DNA of 64,000 nucleotides from the NCBI GenBank assembly GCA_013265495.1, contig MU058716.1:130264-194263 (forward strand). Reading direction: 5' to 3'. A program made the translations under genes and the position numbers. Below the pieces are notes generated by a model, which had not been told where the DNA came from, searched no databases, and was given only the letters and a program-made list of their open reading frames with translations. Origin of the DNA: Vicugna vicugna (taxonomy: Eukaryota). Shown here in pieces: positions 25,591 to 37,315 of the stretch (position 1 is its first letter; every line of letters begins with the position of its first letter).

Positions 25591-27424
25591 GTTTCAAATT
25601 GCTGTTCAGCCTTTTACAGCACCTAGTAGCTGCCAAGACGTAACTGTTCCAGCACTGGGTGACCAGCCCAGGGTGTCCTCACCCCTGCAGCCTCTCTCAC
25701 CTGATGTCAGGGCACCACCCAGCCGTCCAGCAGGTGTGCAGGCACCACGTGAGCCACCCTCCACATCAGCTAGTTCTGTTAGTATAGTTTTGGGATCGTT
25801 TGAAAAATTGTTCTGGAATGATTCTTTAGCCGTTTAGACTCGTTATTGTACTCACATCAGTCATCGAGAAATGGAAAACATTTGCTTGTTCTAATGTCTG
25901 TGGAGGGTTGGAGTGGCCCCAGCAGATGCCTCCAGGTAGGGAGATTGGAACACCCTAATGGAGAAGGTGTGTGCAAGAGATTGGGAACTATTTGTTTGCT
26001 TGGCTCTTAATAACGACCGCTCAGACATCAGGCGTTAGAAGTATCGGTGAAGCTGGGCTGACTGCAGGCTGACTAATCATAATTGGTATTGTCTTTAGAT
26101 ACGTGATGGGATGTTCTCCCAGCACCTGGAACAAGACCTCCCCACTCTGTTGGCGGTGTCCGTCTGTCTCAGGCAGGATGATGATTCTTGTGCAAGGAAG
26201 GCCAAGAGAAAACGTTACGTTTTTTCAGTCTAGTCTTTGCTTCTGTGAATTTTTAAGATCACAAACTTGCAAAACAGGCTTTGAAAGAGACACAACTTTC
26301 TCAATTCCGAATGCACTGTCTTTGTATTTCCAGGGTCAAATCAGGCTGGCTCGTAGATTGTGAATGACAAGGGCATAAACTTTCACACTGACGAGCTTTT
26401 GAAAAATGTAAAACACAATTACTTTAGGCAAGAGTGTAAGGGAGTCCCTTGAAACAGGAAAGGAAAAGAGAAAAGTTCCTTCTCCCGGCCTGGGAAGAGG
26501 AAGCAGTGGCTGGAGGGAGCCGCCCTGGCTGGTCCCCCCCCCGCCCCCCACCCACCGCCGCCCAGTCCGAGAGCTCTGGGGAGGGGGCATCCTGTGGGCG
26601 GGGAGCAGAGAGCCTACAGATTTCTGACGCCGTCTTCCCAGGGCCTTTCCCAGACGCACTAGGTCAGCTGTCACACTCGGTTCTGGCCTGCAGTTCTAGG
26701 TTCAGTGTGTTCTGTCCTGGGGTCGCACCTGCTCTCCACCCACAGCCAATAGGAAAGGCTTAGCATGAAGGCTTCTCTTGTTGAAAACCACATTGTTTGC
26801 TGCCTTTTTTAGACATTGAATGTGCTGATTGTTATCTCGAGGAATTGTTTTAAAAGCCACTTTCAGACCAGTGATTCCCACACAGGGCTCATCTTGGACC
26901 TGTGGGTTAAGACTGCTCAGCCCAGGAGGGAGGTCATTTATTTCTTTGTCAATCTGGCTCCCTCTGGTGGTCAGTTCACAGATTTTAGAAGGTTCTAGTG
27001 TTCTTTAAAACCCCTTTTAAAACACAAAGCAGTCACTTTTCTTAGAAGATTTAGGGGGAAGTGACTGAAATTAAGAGAATATGTATATTTTTAGCAAATA
27101 AGATCCTCGACCTCCCCCTGCACCCTCCCTGTGGGACCCTGGTGCTCACCTGCATGTCGAGGACTTGGCCCATATGTGGGCAGGGACTTTGCTCTGTGTG
27201 GCCCCCATTTCTCAGTCCCGCTGCACCTCAGAAGCACCGGCCACTCTCCCCGTCTCCATGCCCCCCTTTCCAGTTAACAAGGAGATGGAGCCTAGCCCTA
27301 GTGGGTGGTTTTTTTAATTTTTTAAAATTGAAGTATAGTTGCTTTACAATGCTGTAAACAGTAAGAAACTGCTCTGACCCCAGCCCTCAGAGCTTTTTAA
27401 AATACTGAGGCTGGAAAAAAGAAA

Positions 27425-27880
27425 AAGAATAAAACACCACAGCTATTCACAGCAGCACTGTTTACAACAGCCAAGACATGGAAGCAACCTAAATGTCCAT
27501 CAACAGGGGACTGGATAAAGAAGCTGTGGTGTATTTATACAATGGAATCTAAGTGCAGTGAGCCAGAAAGAGAAAGATAAATACCATATGATATTGCTTA
27601 TATGTGGAATCTGAAAAAAAGGACATAAATGAACTTATCTACAAAACAGAGACAGACTCACAGACAGAGAACAAACTTTTGGCTACCAGAGGGGAAAGGG
27701 ATAAACTGGGAATTTGAAATTTGCACCTCCTGGGGAGTGATGGAAATGTTAGGTATCTTGATTGTGGTGGTGGTTTCAGGGGTGTATAGACCTATCAAAA
27801 ATTCATGAAAGTGTGCATCTGAAATATGTGTACTTTATTGTACAGGAACCAGACCACAATGAAAGTGTTAAAATAAAAAT
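27425..27880 (+). mobile_element. LINE-1 3' fragments
   Basis: agccaagacatggaagcaacctaaatgtccatcaacag and related L1 text. Confidence 0.85.
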
Positions 27881-28888
27881 TTATTTGGCTCCGCACCAGA
27901 AACCAGAGCTCTCATCCCCTCTCCTCCCGGCCACCTGTGACGACCAGGAGGGGACCACATGCATGTCTGGCTGGTGAGGCTGGGGGAGTGGGCTGCCGGG
28001 GTCTTCTGTGCACACCCTCCCTGCCCTGCAAACCACACAAGAGGAGCTGCAGCCGGGCAGGAGGGCCAGGGGCCAGGTCACACGGGAGCAGAGGCCAAGA
28101 GTCCGGCTGCGTCACCCCCTCCTCCGCCCTGCTCCTTAGTGTCACGTGGCCAGGGAGAAGGGGCCCCAGTAATCAGATGGAATCTCCTTCCTGGAAACAA
28201 CCACCTCCTTAGAGCAGGGCACACGCACGTGCACACACTCTGTCCTTTAAACTAAAGCAACCCGGGTAGGTCCTAATTCTGCCCCCCCCACCCCAGCTCC
28301 AGGCCTCAAGCTCCTTGGAGGGGCACAGGCTCTGCAACCCGTCTGGACACCTGCCCCAGCCCAGCCTCCTGCAGCCGGCCCCCAGCGCTGACCACCTCGC
28401 CTCAGGTGCGTCCTGTCTGCTGGCTGGTGTCTCCCTCTGCGTCCACACCCCAGGTGCGCATGCCGCGGCCACTGACTGCCCAGCTGCTCAGCTGCAGGAG
28501 AGGACGAGTCAGTGAATGAATGTGTGAGTTCGAGGCACCCTCTTCCTTCACCTGAAACGTGGGGTTCCTTCCCTCCTTTCTTGCTGGCCTTTCGTCTCTC
28601 TTCTCTGTAGGAGACAAGGCAAAAGCTGAGATGAAAGACTTCAAAGCCCAGACCCTGACGGAGGAGTGCTTCTAAAGAGAGCCCTGCACGGCAGGGGTTA
28701 CAGGTGAGAAGAGGAGGAGGGCGTGGGGGGCCCCCCAGGTCTGGCCCTCATCCACAGGGACCAGCTCCATGGCCAACACGGGGTCAGGAGTCAGCGGAGA
28801 ACCCGCACTCGGGGGCGCTGAGCAGATTCATGCGCGAAGGTGCTGGAGCCTCTCACCAGCAGGGCCGCGGGCTTACACCCTGAAGCTT

Positions 28889-28894
28889 TTTATT
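28889..28894 (-). terminator. Distal CREM polyadenylation signal
   Basis: AATAAA on the minus strand about 1.07 kb past the Ib stop. Confidence 0.65.
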
Positions 28895-29577
28895 ATGAAA
28901 GCAGCTGAAACGGGCTGCCAGGAAGAACTCAACGCAGCTGCATCCGGATGTGCTAACTTACACATACCTGAGCTAACGGAGCCTGCAGGCTGTTCGGAAA
29001 CGGGAAATACAATCTCGGATTGTTTTTGTTTTCACTTGAACACTCCTATGGTTAGTCAGATCTCCAAGTCAGATCTCCAAGCTGACGGCCCCGTCTGGCT
29101 GACCTCCGGCAGCCGCTCTTCTCGGCAAACGCCGGGCCCGATGAGGCGGCGGGACAAGCCCTGCAGAGCCCGGGCCCACTGCCGGGGCGGCCAGGGACCC
29201 CCGAAGGCGCGCACACTCCTACCTCAGCTCGCGACTCAGTCCAGATGTTAACATTTGTGGTACCTCTCATCACGGAACATCCAAGCGACACTAAAAACTC
29301 AGAAACTTATGTGAGATCTTTTATGTAACACAACAGAGTCAAAACTATAGGAACTGTTCAGATAGATAAATGAGCAGCAAATACTACAAAGTGTAACCAG
29401 CACAGTTCTGTTAAGAACTCCCTTCAGCTGTGCGCTCAAGGGCCGCAACACAGTATCTTCTTTACAAAGCAACTAACATAAAAATCTGCAGGTGCCGTAA
29501 ATTCCTTGGCATTACTTTCACACAGGCGTATCCTTGGGTGCATTCTGTTTCTCCTGAGGTATTTTCAGTGGTTTACT

Positions 29578-29655
29578 TTTATTGTACTGCTGGATGCGTA
29601 ATCTGTGATCATCCTTCCCTAAAGTGATTTTTAAAGACCTGCACAAAATTTATTG
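29578..29655 (-). terminator. Two proximal CREM polyadenylation signals
   Basis: AATAAA on the minus strand at 29655-29650 and 29583-29578. Confidence 0.7.
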
Positions 29656-29956
29656 CATAAAACACTATTCCTGACCCAGAGATTGGGAGCTACAAATATG
29701 TGGCAACAAGTCCTACAAATACCGCACCTTAAGGATCTGTTACGTACTTTTTTTTTTTTTTTTAGTTTGTCTCTTTTAAAAAATTGAAGTTACAGCTAAG
29801 AGTTAACTACGTACAGGGAAGCAGTTTGGGAATGTTAGAGATTAGAAAATCCGATGAATGATACAAAGGAGAAAAGCCATCGTTCTTGCCGGCTGTATAT
29901 TGTATTGCCTTCAAAAGCAACTGTACACGCTGTCATCAGTCCATAGTTAAATATTT

Positions 29957-30104
29957 CTACACGTCTGTCTTAGGAGAGCAGATGTCTTTCAGGGTCTCCA
30001 GTTCCTCTATGAGCTTCTTGTTCTGGACCTCCAGCACTGCGACGCGGCTCTCCAGACACTTGACGTATTCTTTCTTCCGACGTCGACACTCTTTAGCGGC
30101 TTCC
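29957..30104 (-). CDS. CREM: CREM bZIP exon Ib (DNA-binding domain II)
   Basis: Pyrimidine-rich TTTCAG acceptor; EAAKECRRRKKEYVKCLESRVAVLEVQNKKLIEELETLKDICSPKTDV followed by TAG. Confidence 0.96.
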
Positions 30105-30335
30105 CTGAAAGAAAGCAGAAGCGAAAGGGCAAAGGGAAAATATTTTTGGCATGCAGCAACGAGGCGGAAGCAAGCCTGGTGAAGTGGCCATGGTGGCCTT
30201 CCACAACGTGGACCAACACCCCGTTCCGCTTCCAACACTAAGCCGCACTGGGCTCTGGAGGGTCACAAGCTTCCCTCTCCCAAGTCCACATGGCAGCTAG
30301 TAGTTCAGAGCAAACAAGGTCCAAGTCAAAGACAG

Positions 30336-30480
30336 TTACTCTGCTTTATGGCAATAAAGATCTTTGAGGGCCTTGAGTTCCTCAATCAGAGTCTTGTTTT
30401 GGTTTTCAAGCACCGCCACACGGTTTTCAAGACATTTGACATATTCCTTCTTCTTCCTGCGACACTCCCGGGCAGCCTCC
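30336..30480 (-). CDS. CREM: CREM bZIP exon Ia (CREB-like DNA-binding domain I)
   Basis: TTCCAG acceptor; EAARECRRKKKEYVKCLENRVAVLENQNKTLIEELKALKDLYCHKAE followed by TAA. Confidence 0.96.
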
Positions 30481-32399
30481 CTGGAACCAACACAAGGCAG
30501 GTGACTACAGGGCACCTCCCAGCACGATCCAGAGCTTCTCCGCATCTGCCCCCCAAACTCAACCGCCTGGCAGGCCTCCCCGGTAAGGTCTGTGTGGGGC
30601 CCCGGGACAGGGGCAGCCAAGCTCTCCGTGGGTCACCCTAGGCCCGGCGTGAAGCCTGCGTCCTTGGGCTCACGTCCCGGGATCACAGTGGCCACAATGG
30701 GCTTCAGTGGCCAAAACAGCAGGGCTTCATTCCCACGTGGAATTTCTACAAAAGTGTTCACGGATCTTTTCAATTCTCTCAGCTACTTCTGTCCACCCGG
30801 AGCCCCAGAGATATCACCGTGAGTTATGTTATTTGATCAAAAACGAGGGAAAGGGTTAAACCTCAGGAACCTTAACGTCAGGATTGGGGATTCCATTCTC
30901 CCAAGGCTCAGCCTCGGCACAACAAGCCGCAGGCCAGGCTGTGGGCTGGGGGACGCCAGCACTCGAGGCCGACAGGCAGACCACGCACGTTCAGACCAGG
31001 ACGCAGGGCTCTGCCTCCGAAGCCGGGGGCTGGTGGGGGGAGCACAGAGCGCGCGCTCAGCAGCTCAGACGTGAGGACACGGCGGCCCAAACGCTGGAAA
31101 GGACCAAGCCCCGCAGACGCCCGGGGACAGACCGACCAGCAGCAAAAGCAACACAAACAGCTGGACAGAGCTCGTCGCTGCCGCGCACATCCCGCTACAG
31201 ACGGCGGGTGCAGCCAGCATTCGCTCTCTCCTCCTGGGGGCAGGGGGTGGCAACTACATTGCTGACTCCTCTGTAGAATGTACCCCCTGAAAACAGCTTT
31301 GGAGTATTCATTTGAGATTAACTGCCTTTGGGGTGCCTGTCACATTGAAGCAGATAATTGAGACACACAAACAAAGCCTGTGCTCTCGGCTCAGTGCCGG
31401 GTCCTACAATGCCAGCTGGCAGTGCGGCCACTCCGAACCCGGAGCGACACGTGTAGCACACTGGGACAGCTTTGTTTTATTTTTAGGATGCTGACGCTCA
31501 CGGCTGGTTATCTGTTTTCTCTGTGGGAAGTCCCCTCTGTCAGCAGAGGGGAGACCTTGAAATCCCCGTGAACTACAGGAAAAGATCAAGCCTAACTTGC
31601 CAGCCAAGAACAGTGCTGTCACCCTGAGACCCCCCCAGGGCTCTCCGGCTACGCAACTGGTGAACAGAAAAATTAACAGTGTGAAAGTGACCTGAGTCTG
31701 ATAAATCAGATTCATCTCATCTCAGTGACTCACAGGGCAAAGTCCACCATAAATCCAAGCACACTTATACATTTGCCAGTTTGGAAACATAATTCAACTC
31801 CTCCACAAGGAAACTAAAATATAGTTCTGAATACCAAGGTTCTCATGACTAAATCATTATATTAAATCCTAGATCTGGAAGGAAAACAGTCATTTTACAG
31901 AACAAGTTACTGTTAAATGAAAGTTTAAGTATCTAACCGCAGCGCTGTGGGCACCAGGTGCACCGTTTACTGTGCACGTCCACGTTCCGTGTCTCACGCT
32001 GCACGCATGTTACCAGAATCAGAATGTTCCAAGCACAAAGCTTTGGACGGTCACACCAGGAGGTGGTACATTCCTAAGGAGGTCTCAGCTATGGAAAACA
32101 CCTGTTTCTTCTATTAATAGCTCCATTTTCAGGCCTTGTGTTCGTCTGGACACATCCTCACATGGAGGGGAACACATGGCAAAGTGGAATGCATTTTTAA
32201 AAATGGCTGTTGAAATAAAAGCTGTCGCTGGGTTGGTAGAAATGTCACGAAATCTCCATTATGACTGCTGCCAATGCGTTCACTCTCTCCTCAGAGAGAG
32301 TGGACAGGAGGCCCGTCATGTTGACAAGGGAGGCCTGCACTCTCCACGAAGCTGGAGCCTCCTGGAGGTGACTGCGCTGGTGCAGGGGACGGGCCCTGG

Positions 32400-32600
32400 G
32401 TGAAGACGGCCCGACTGCAGCTCACGCTGTGTGACCTTAACCAGCTCGCTACTGACCCTCTCTGAACCTCAGTTCCTCACCTGTCAAGTAAGAAGAGCAG
32501 ACCTGTGCTCCTGCGAGAGTCACTGCGAGGTAAAGGAACGGCAGAGACAAGCGCTGCGCACTCGCTCAGCAGACCCTGAGCGACCCAGTGACACTTAGCA
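32400..32600 (+). mobile_element. MIR SINE
   Basis: gctgtgtgacctt...ctctctgaacctcagttcctcacctgt core. Confidence 0.65.
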
Positions 32601-33256
32601 TCTGCTGCTCGCTCGTCCTCTCGGCTGGCTCTGAAACTGAAACCCGGGGTCCCTCGTGGCCAGGGAGTCTCTTAGCTCATTCCAGCCAATGAAATGTGCA
32701 GGGACATGTGAGGCAGGGAGGGCACGTGCTGGTACCAGGAGGCGTCTCCACGTGGCGGGCTGGCCATGAGTTTAATTCTCTCTCTTGCTGTGTACTTGTG
32801 CTCAGCCAGAATTTCCCAGAATAAATGTGTTTCAGCATAATAGAGAAAAAGCAAAGTTACAGAATAAATAAAAGGAAGCCACGTGTAAGAGACGGAAAAC
32901 TCTGCACTCACACTCAAACTTATTTTGCTTATAAAGCAGCTAAAAGATTATCACCCACTTCACAAAGTAAATACCAAGTAAAAATGAATCTTTATGTGTC
33001 TTTCCATTATTATTAACAAAAGTTAATGTATCTTAAAGTTAATTAGACACTACCAGAAAACACACAGCAGTGCACCTCCTGCAGCCGAGATGGTTCCTGG
33101 CGGGGACTCTGACCAGAAGAACATCAGCACATGCAGAGCACAAGCCCACATGAAATGCCACACAACACACATCTGGGCGCAACGGTTCCAGAAAAGTGAT
33201 CTTTAAGAAGCCCCCCAGCCACCCACATGCTGCCTGCTGCCTATGGAGCGTCTCAC

Positions 33257-33413
33257 CTGTTTTTCATCAGCCTCAGCTCTCGTTTGCGCGTGGCCTCCTC
33301 TGCGAGCTGCTGGGGGCTGTGCAGGCTTCCCGGAGACGCAGCCATCACCACGCCCTGAGGCAGAGCCGTAGCTGGGGCCCGGATCTGGTAAGTAGGCATG
33401 TCACCGGTGGCGG
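33257..33413 (-). CDS. CREM: CREM exon H (start of basic region)
   Basis: 157 nt, phase 1-2; (A)ATGDMPTYQIRAPATALPQGVVMAASPGSLHSPQQLAEEATRKRELRLMKN(R). Confidence 0.97.
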
Positions 33414-35255
33414 CTGCAACAAAACGAAATGTCACAAGTTATATAAACCATGTTTGACTTGGTAGCTTATATAAAACTCATGTCTTTTCACTCGTAAGAG
33501 TGTCTGGCTGATGTTTAAGACAACAGTTCTGAACGTCATGGAAACCTTAGGTGTCAGAGATCTCCTGCCGCACTCGGGACAGTGACACCTCGCCTGCCCC
33601 ATGCATGTAACAGAAAAATGCCCTAATGCATTTTAGAAAGGTTTTCATCAAAGGCTTTTCAACTGATAATTCATTTAGCCTGAAAACCAGTGGTGTGCTG
33701 CCAAGTGCATAACCACCAGCTCTCACAGGGAGGAAGCCCTGATCTGTAGTGTTTATCAAGTCCCATGACTTTAACAGGCCAACCATGGCCAAGCTACCAG
33801 CGTGACTTCACCGAGAGGAGAGCTGGAGGGACATACACGGAAGTAGCACACTGTGCAAATACAGTGGGTGTAAGCAACCTCAAGGGCAGAGAGAAAATTA
33901 TCAGAAATAGGGAGTTTTGAGTATTAATGTTTTTAATGCAATTTATTTGTTAAAATATAAGTATTCATATATATTTAATTTTTAATAATGGCTGTTTTTG
34001 CAACAGGTTCATAAAAACCCTGAAAATTTACTCATTGGCTCCAGCAAACCAGTGGGAACTGGCCCTAGCACGTCACTGCAGAAATTTTAATGAAGCAGAA
34101 CATTTCCATCTCCTGAGTGTCCCAGGTAAGAGATTTTCCTAAACCCCACATCATGCCTGAAGCACAGCACTGAGTCTCTTTAAGTGCAAGTTTTATTAAC
34201 AGAAGATGACTGATGTACTGGAAGGAAGATACTAGCTTACTGTATTTTCAGCTTAAAAACGAAAACAAAGTAAGAAACTGGAAAGCTCTCCTTAAAACTG
34301 GTTTCTCTGGGGAATGATAATTTTTGTCTTTCTTAGGTTTGTTGGGATAATAATACATTTCTAAGTATTCATTTTTTACAACACACTTTCTAATTATAGT
34401 ATAGTAATAGTTAAATGACAGATTTTATATTTATTTAGTATTCAGATTGAATACTAAATTTAAGTCCTCAAAGTGTCCTAATTTAATTTCAAAATCTGTC
34501 TATCTATTGCCATAAACATAGCTTCCTAGAAAGGACAGATGGATTTAGCAGTTAAATATGTTGCCACCACCAGTGTTTCAGCTTGGAGGATATATGGTCC
34601 AGATTAGACACTCTTGATATTACAAAATGCATGCTCTCTCAAAGCTAAATGCAAGAAAAAGATTTTTTAAAATGATCAAATCCTATAAAAATTGGTCTGA
34701 ACCTAATGCCAACTGAAACATGAAATATATCACTGCCATATTTCATTAAAATGTATTATACCCACTGAGTAAGAACTGAAATTTTACCCAAAAAGGAGAC
34801 AAAGACTTTTTCACTTAAATGGAATTATTTATTATCACTGAAAACAACCAAGCAGTTTAAATGGTTAGTCAAAAATTGATCTATGTGCTTCTTTGGGGTA
34901 AATGCCAGGTTTTTTCCCTCTAGGGCTCAAGGATCAGGTAAAAGAATAAAAATAGGGCTTTGGGTGAATATCACTACAGGTCTTCTTCATATGATTTTTT
35001 TAAAATATCATTTATAAGATTCTTCCTTCTACATCTAATTTAATAAACAATGGTGATAAATAGCAACTGATGGATGCAATGATCACCAGCAAAAACTCTA
35101 TGAATAAATTTGGAAAAAATCCAAAATTTGTTTTTGTGACTATTTAAAATGCTATATACACAGATGTCTCATTATATGTCATAGAAAATTTAGAAATATT
35201 TGGAAATACTTAAAATCTTTTTAAAAATCAGTTATCAATTGTTAACTTACTAAAG

Positions 35256-35339
35256 TTTTTTAATGGATGGGCTGGGGATTGAACCCAGGACCTTGTGCAT
35301 GCTGAGCACATGCTCTACCACTGAGATACCAACACCCCC
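35256..35339 (-). mobile_element. tRNA-derived SINE (Vic-1-like)
   Basis: ggggattgaacccaggaccttgtgcatgctgagcacatgctctaccactgag. Confidence 0.85.
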
Positions 35340-36740
35340 TTAAAGATTTGTTAAAATATTTTAATCGTCTTGTCAGAGGAGACAGAACAATGCTCAGAAC
35401 AATAGAGTTCTGTCCTCTTCTCTTTCCTCACATCCAGAGAAGGCAGTTAGGGGACAATGAGGGTTAAACAATGAACAGCTGGAGAAACGAGGCTTTCTAA
35501 AACTGAAACGATGGCAGTGACGAATGAGAAGTCCCCGTGTGTCACCCGTGTGTCACCGTGCTGACGTCTGCAGGCAGCATGGACGCCAAACTCTGCTCAC
35601 AGAGGGACAATGAAATGCTCCGAAAGGCAAATGAAGTTCATTCCCTGGTCTTAAAACCAGAAATGATTCTAAACTTTCGCCCATTTCCAAAAGCTGAAAA
35701 ACTCTCCAAGGACCAAACTCTGAAGGATTTCTGCAGTTTCAAAAGGAGAATTCTTAAAACATTCTGAGCAGCAGCTCGGGGGAAAAAACATCACTTTAAA
35801 ATGAGAACTTGGAAGAAAATGATACGTCTGAATTTATCAGTTCCAGGATATTAGCTAACAAATTGGGTTTTAATTATAATTTTCCAGACATAGTACATAA
35901 TCATTTTATCTCCTTCAACAAAAATCAGATTGCAGCTCATAAGTTCAAACCAGAAATGGGAATTAGTATACATTAGTATAATTTCAGTAACATCCCAAAG
36001 AACCTGTAAGATGGCACACTTTTGACGGTCCCTGAATGAGCATCTATGGCAGACCCCACGTACTCAGTGTGGTCGTGTTAGTGCGTGTTAGTAAGATATG
36101 AGCAAAGAGAATCTCCTGTTTTGAGGAAATCCAAATGTCAAAGTTTTGTTTTTGAAACATGTCACAAGGTAGTTTTTATCTTTGCTTCAGTTTCCAATGT
36201 CATGGATTCAGGGGTGGAGGCTCACAGTCCTGGGCACCACACTACATTCTCTGATGACAGAGTCTGCTCCCTGTCCCCCTACGAAGGCCAGTTCCTGTTC
36301 CAAGTGCTAAAAGTGTCCAAATTACTTATTTTAGAATTTCATTGTGTAAATTGTTTCCAAAAATAAGTGGATCATCATTGGGGGCTTTAAACTCATGATT
36401 GAAGAAAGAAAAGAAAGAGAGATGTATGTACTCATTTTACTCTAAGGCAGCCAACTTTAAACACATGTCAGGGGCATCTTCCCTGCCTGGTACCCCAGGA
36501 CCCAGTGCAGCCCTTGGCACATGACGGGTGCTTGGCAAGACTACTTGTGCCCCACAAAGTAAATCCAGAACTGCCCAAGGTTTTGCAAAAGCCCACTGTC
36601 ATTCAGAATGTTTAAACTGAGTGGTATTATTATTATTATGGACTATAATTAGCTCTTATTATTACAGCTAAGTCTTTAACACTAAGACATGGAAAGCTCT
36701 GGAAGCTGCCATGTATTTATTCAAACTGGCCTTTCTTACT

Positions 36741-36885
36741 TCTTTTTTCTTAAATTTTTTTAATATTGTGGGGGGTTGGTAATTAGGTTTACTTATGTAT
36801 TTATTTTTAGAGGGGGTTCTGGGGATTGAACCCAGGACCATGGGTATGCTAAGCCTGCGCTCTACCGCTGACCCACGCCCTCCCC
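36741..36885 (-). mobile_element. tRNA-derived SINE (Vic-1-like)
   Basis: Same head in antisense plus an AT-rich tail. Confidence 0.85.
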
Positions 36886-37099
36886 ACCAAAGGCATTATT
36901 TAAGTCTTCCCTTAGATACCAGTCATCTAACCTGGCATTTTAGAAGCAGAAGAGTTCTAATTACAGTGTGTTTCCTACCATCTAACTCCTGACATACAAA
37001 AAAAAGCTTTAGGTTTAGTATCAACATTTCATGGGGAACAAAACTCCTAGAATGCTCAGTTCTGGTCAGGAACTTCATACCTCTGTTTGCGAGCTTTAA

Positions 37100-37315
37100 A
37101 CACGGTACAGCAGAAAAAGCATGAGATTTGGAGTCTGGGTTCTAGTCCAGCTCTGCCACTTACCAGCCATGTGACTTGGGGCAAGTTCAGTTTCCTCATC
37201 TGTAAAATGGGGACACATGATCTCATGTAATACTCACAACAGACCCTGCAAAGTATGTCAAAGTGTCTAGCACAGTGCCTGGCACATGGTAGGCATCCAG
37301 CAAATGTTAGTTCCC
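37100..37315 (+). mobile_element. MIR SINE hosting CREM exon gamma on its antisense strand
   Basis: tgggttctagtccagctctgccacttac...gggcaagtt...cagtttcctcatctgtaaaatggg...tagcacagtgcctggcacatggtagg. Confidence 0.9.
37164..37199 (-). CDS. CREM: CREM exon gamma (36 nt, DEETELAPSHMA)
   Basis: TTTTACAG acceptor and G|GTAAGT donor, phase 1-1; peptide matches the CREM gamma domain. Confidence 0.95.

Noticed and set aside
29748..29763. A16 run in the CREM mRNA sense
   Set aside because: Genomically encoded with no AATAAA just upstream; a likely oligo-dT internal priming site rather than a true 3' end
30336..30620. ORF-track N-terminal extensions of the bZIP exons (also 29957-30238)
   Set aside because: Upstream residues lie before the acceptors at 30481 and 30105 and are not part of the spliced coding sequence
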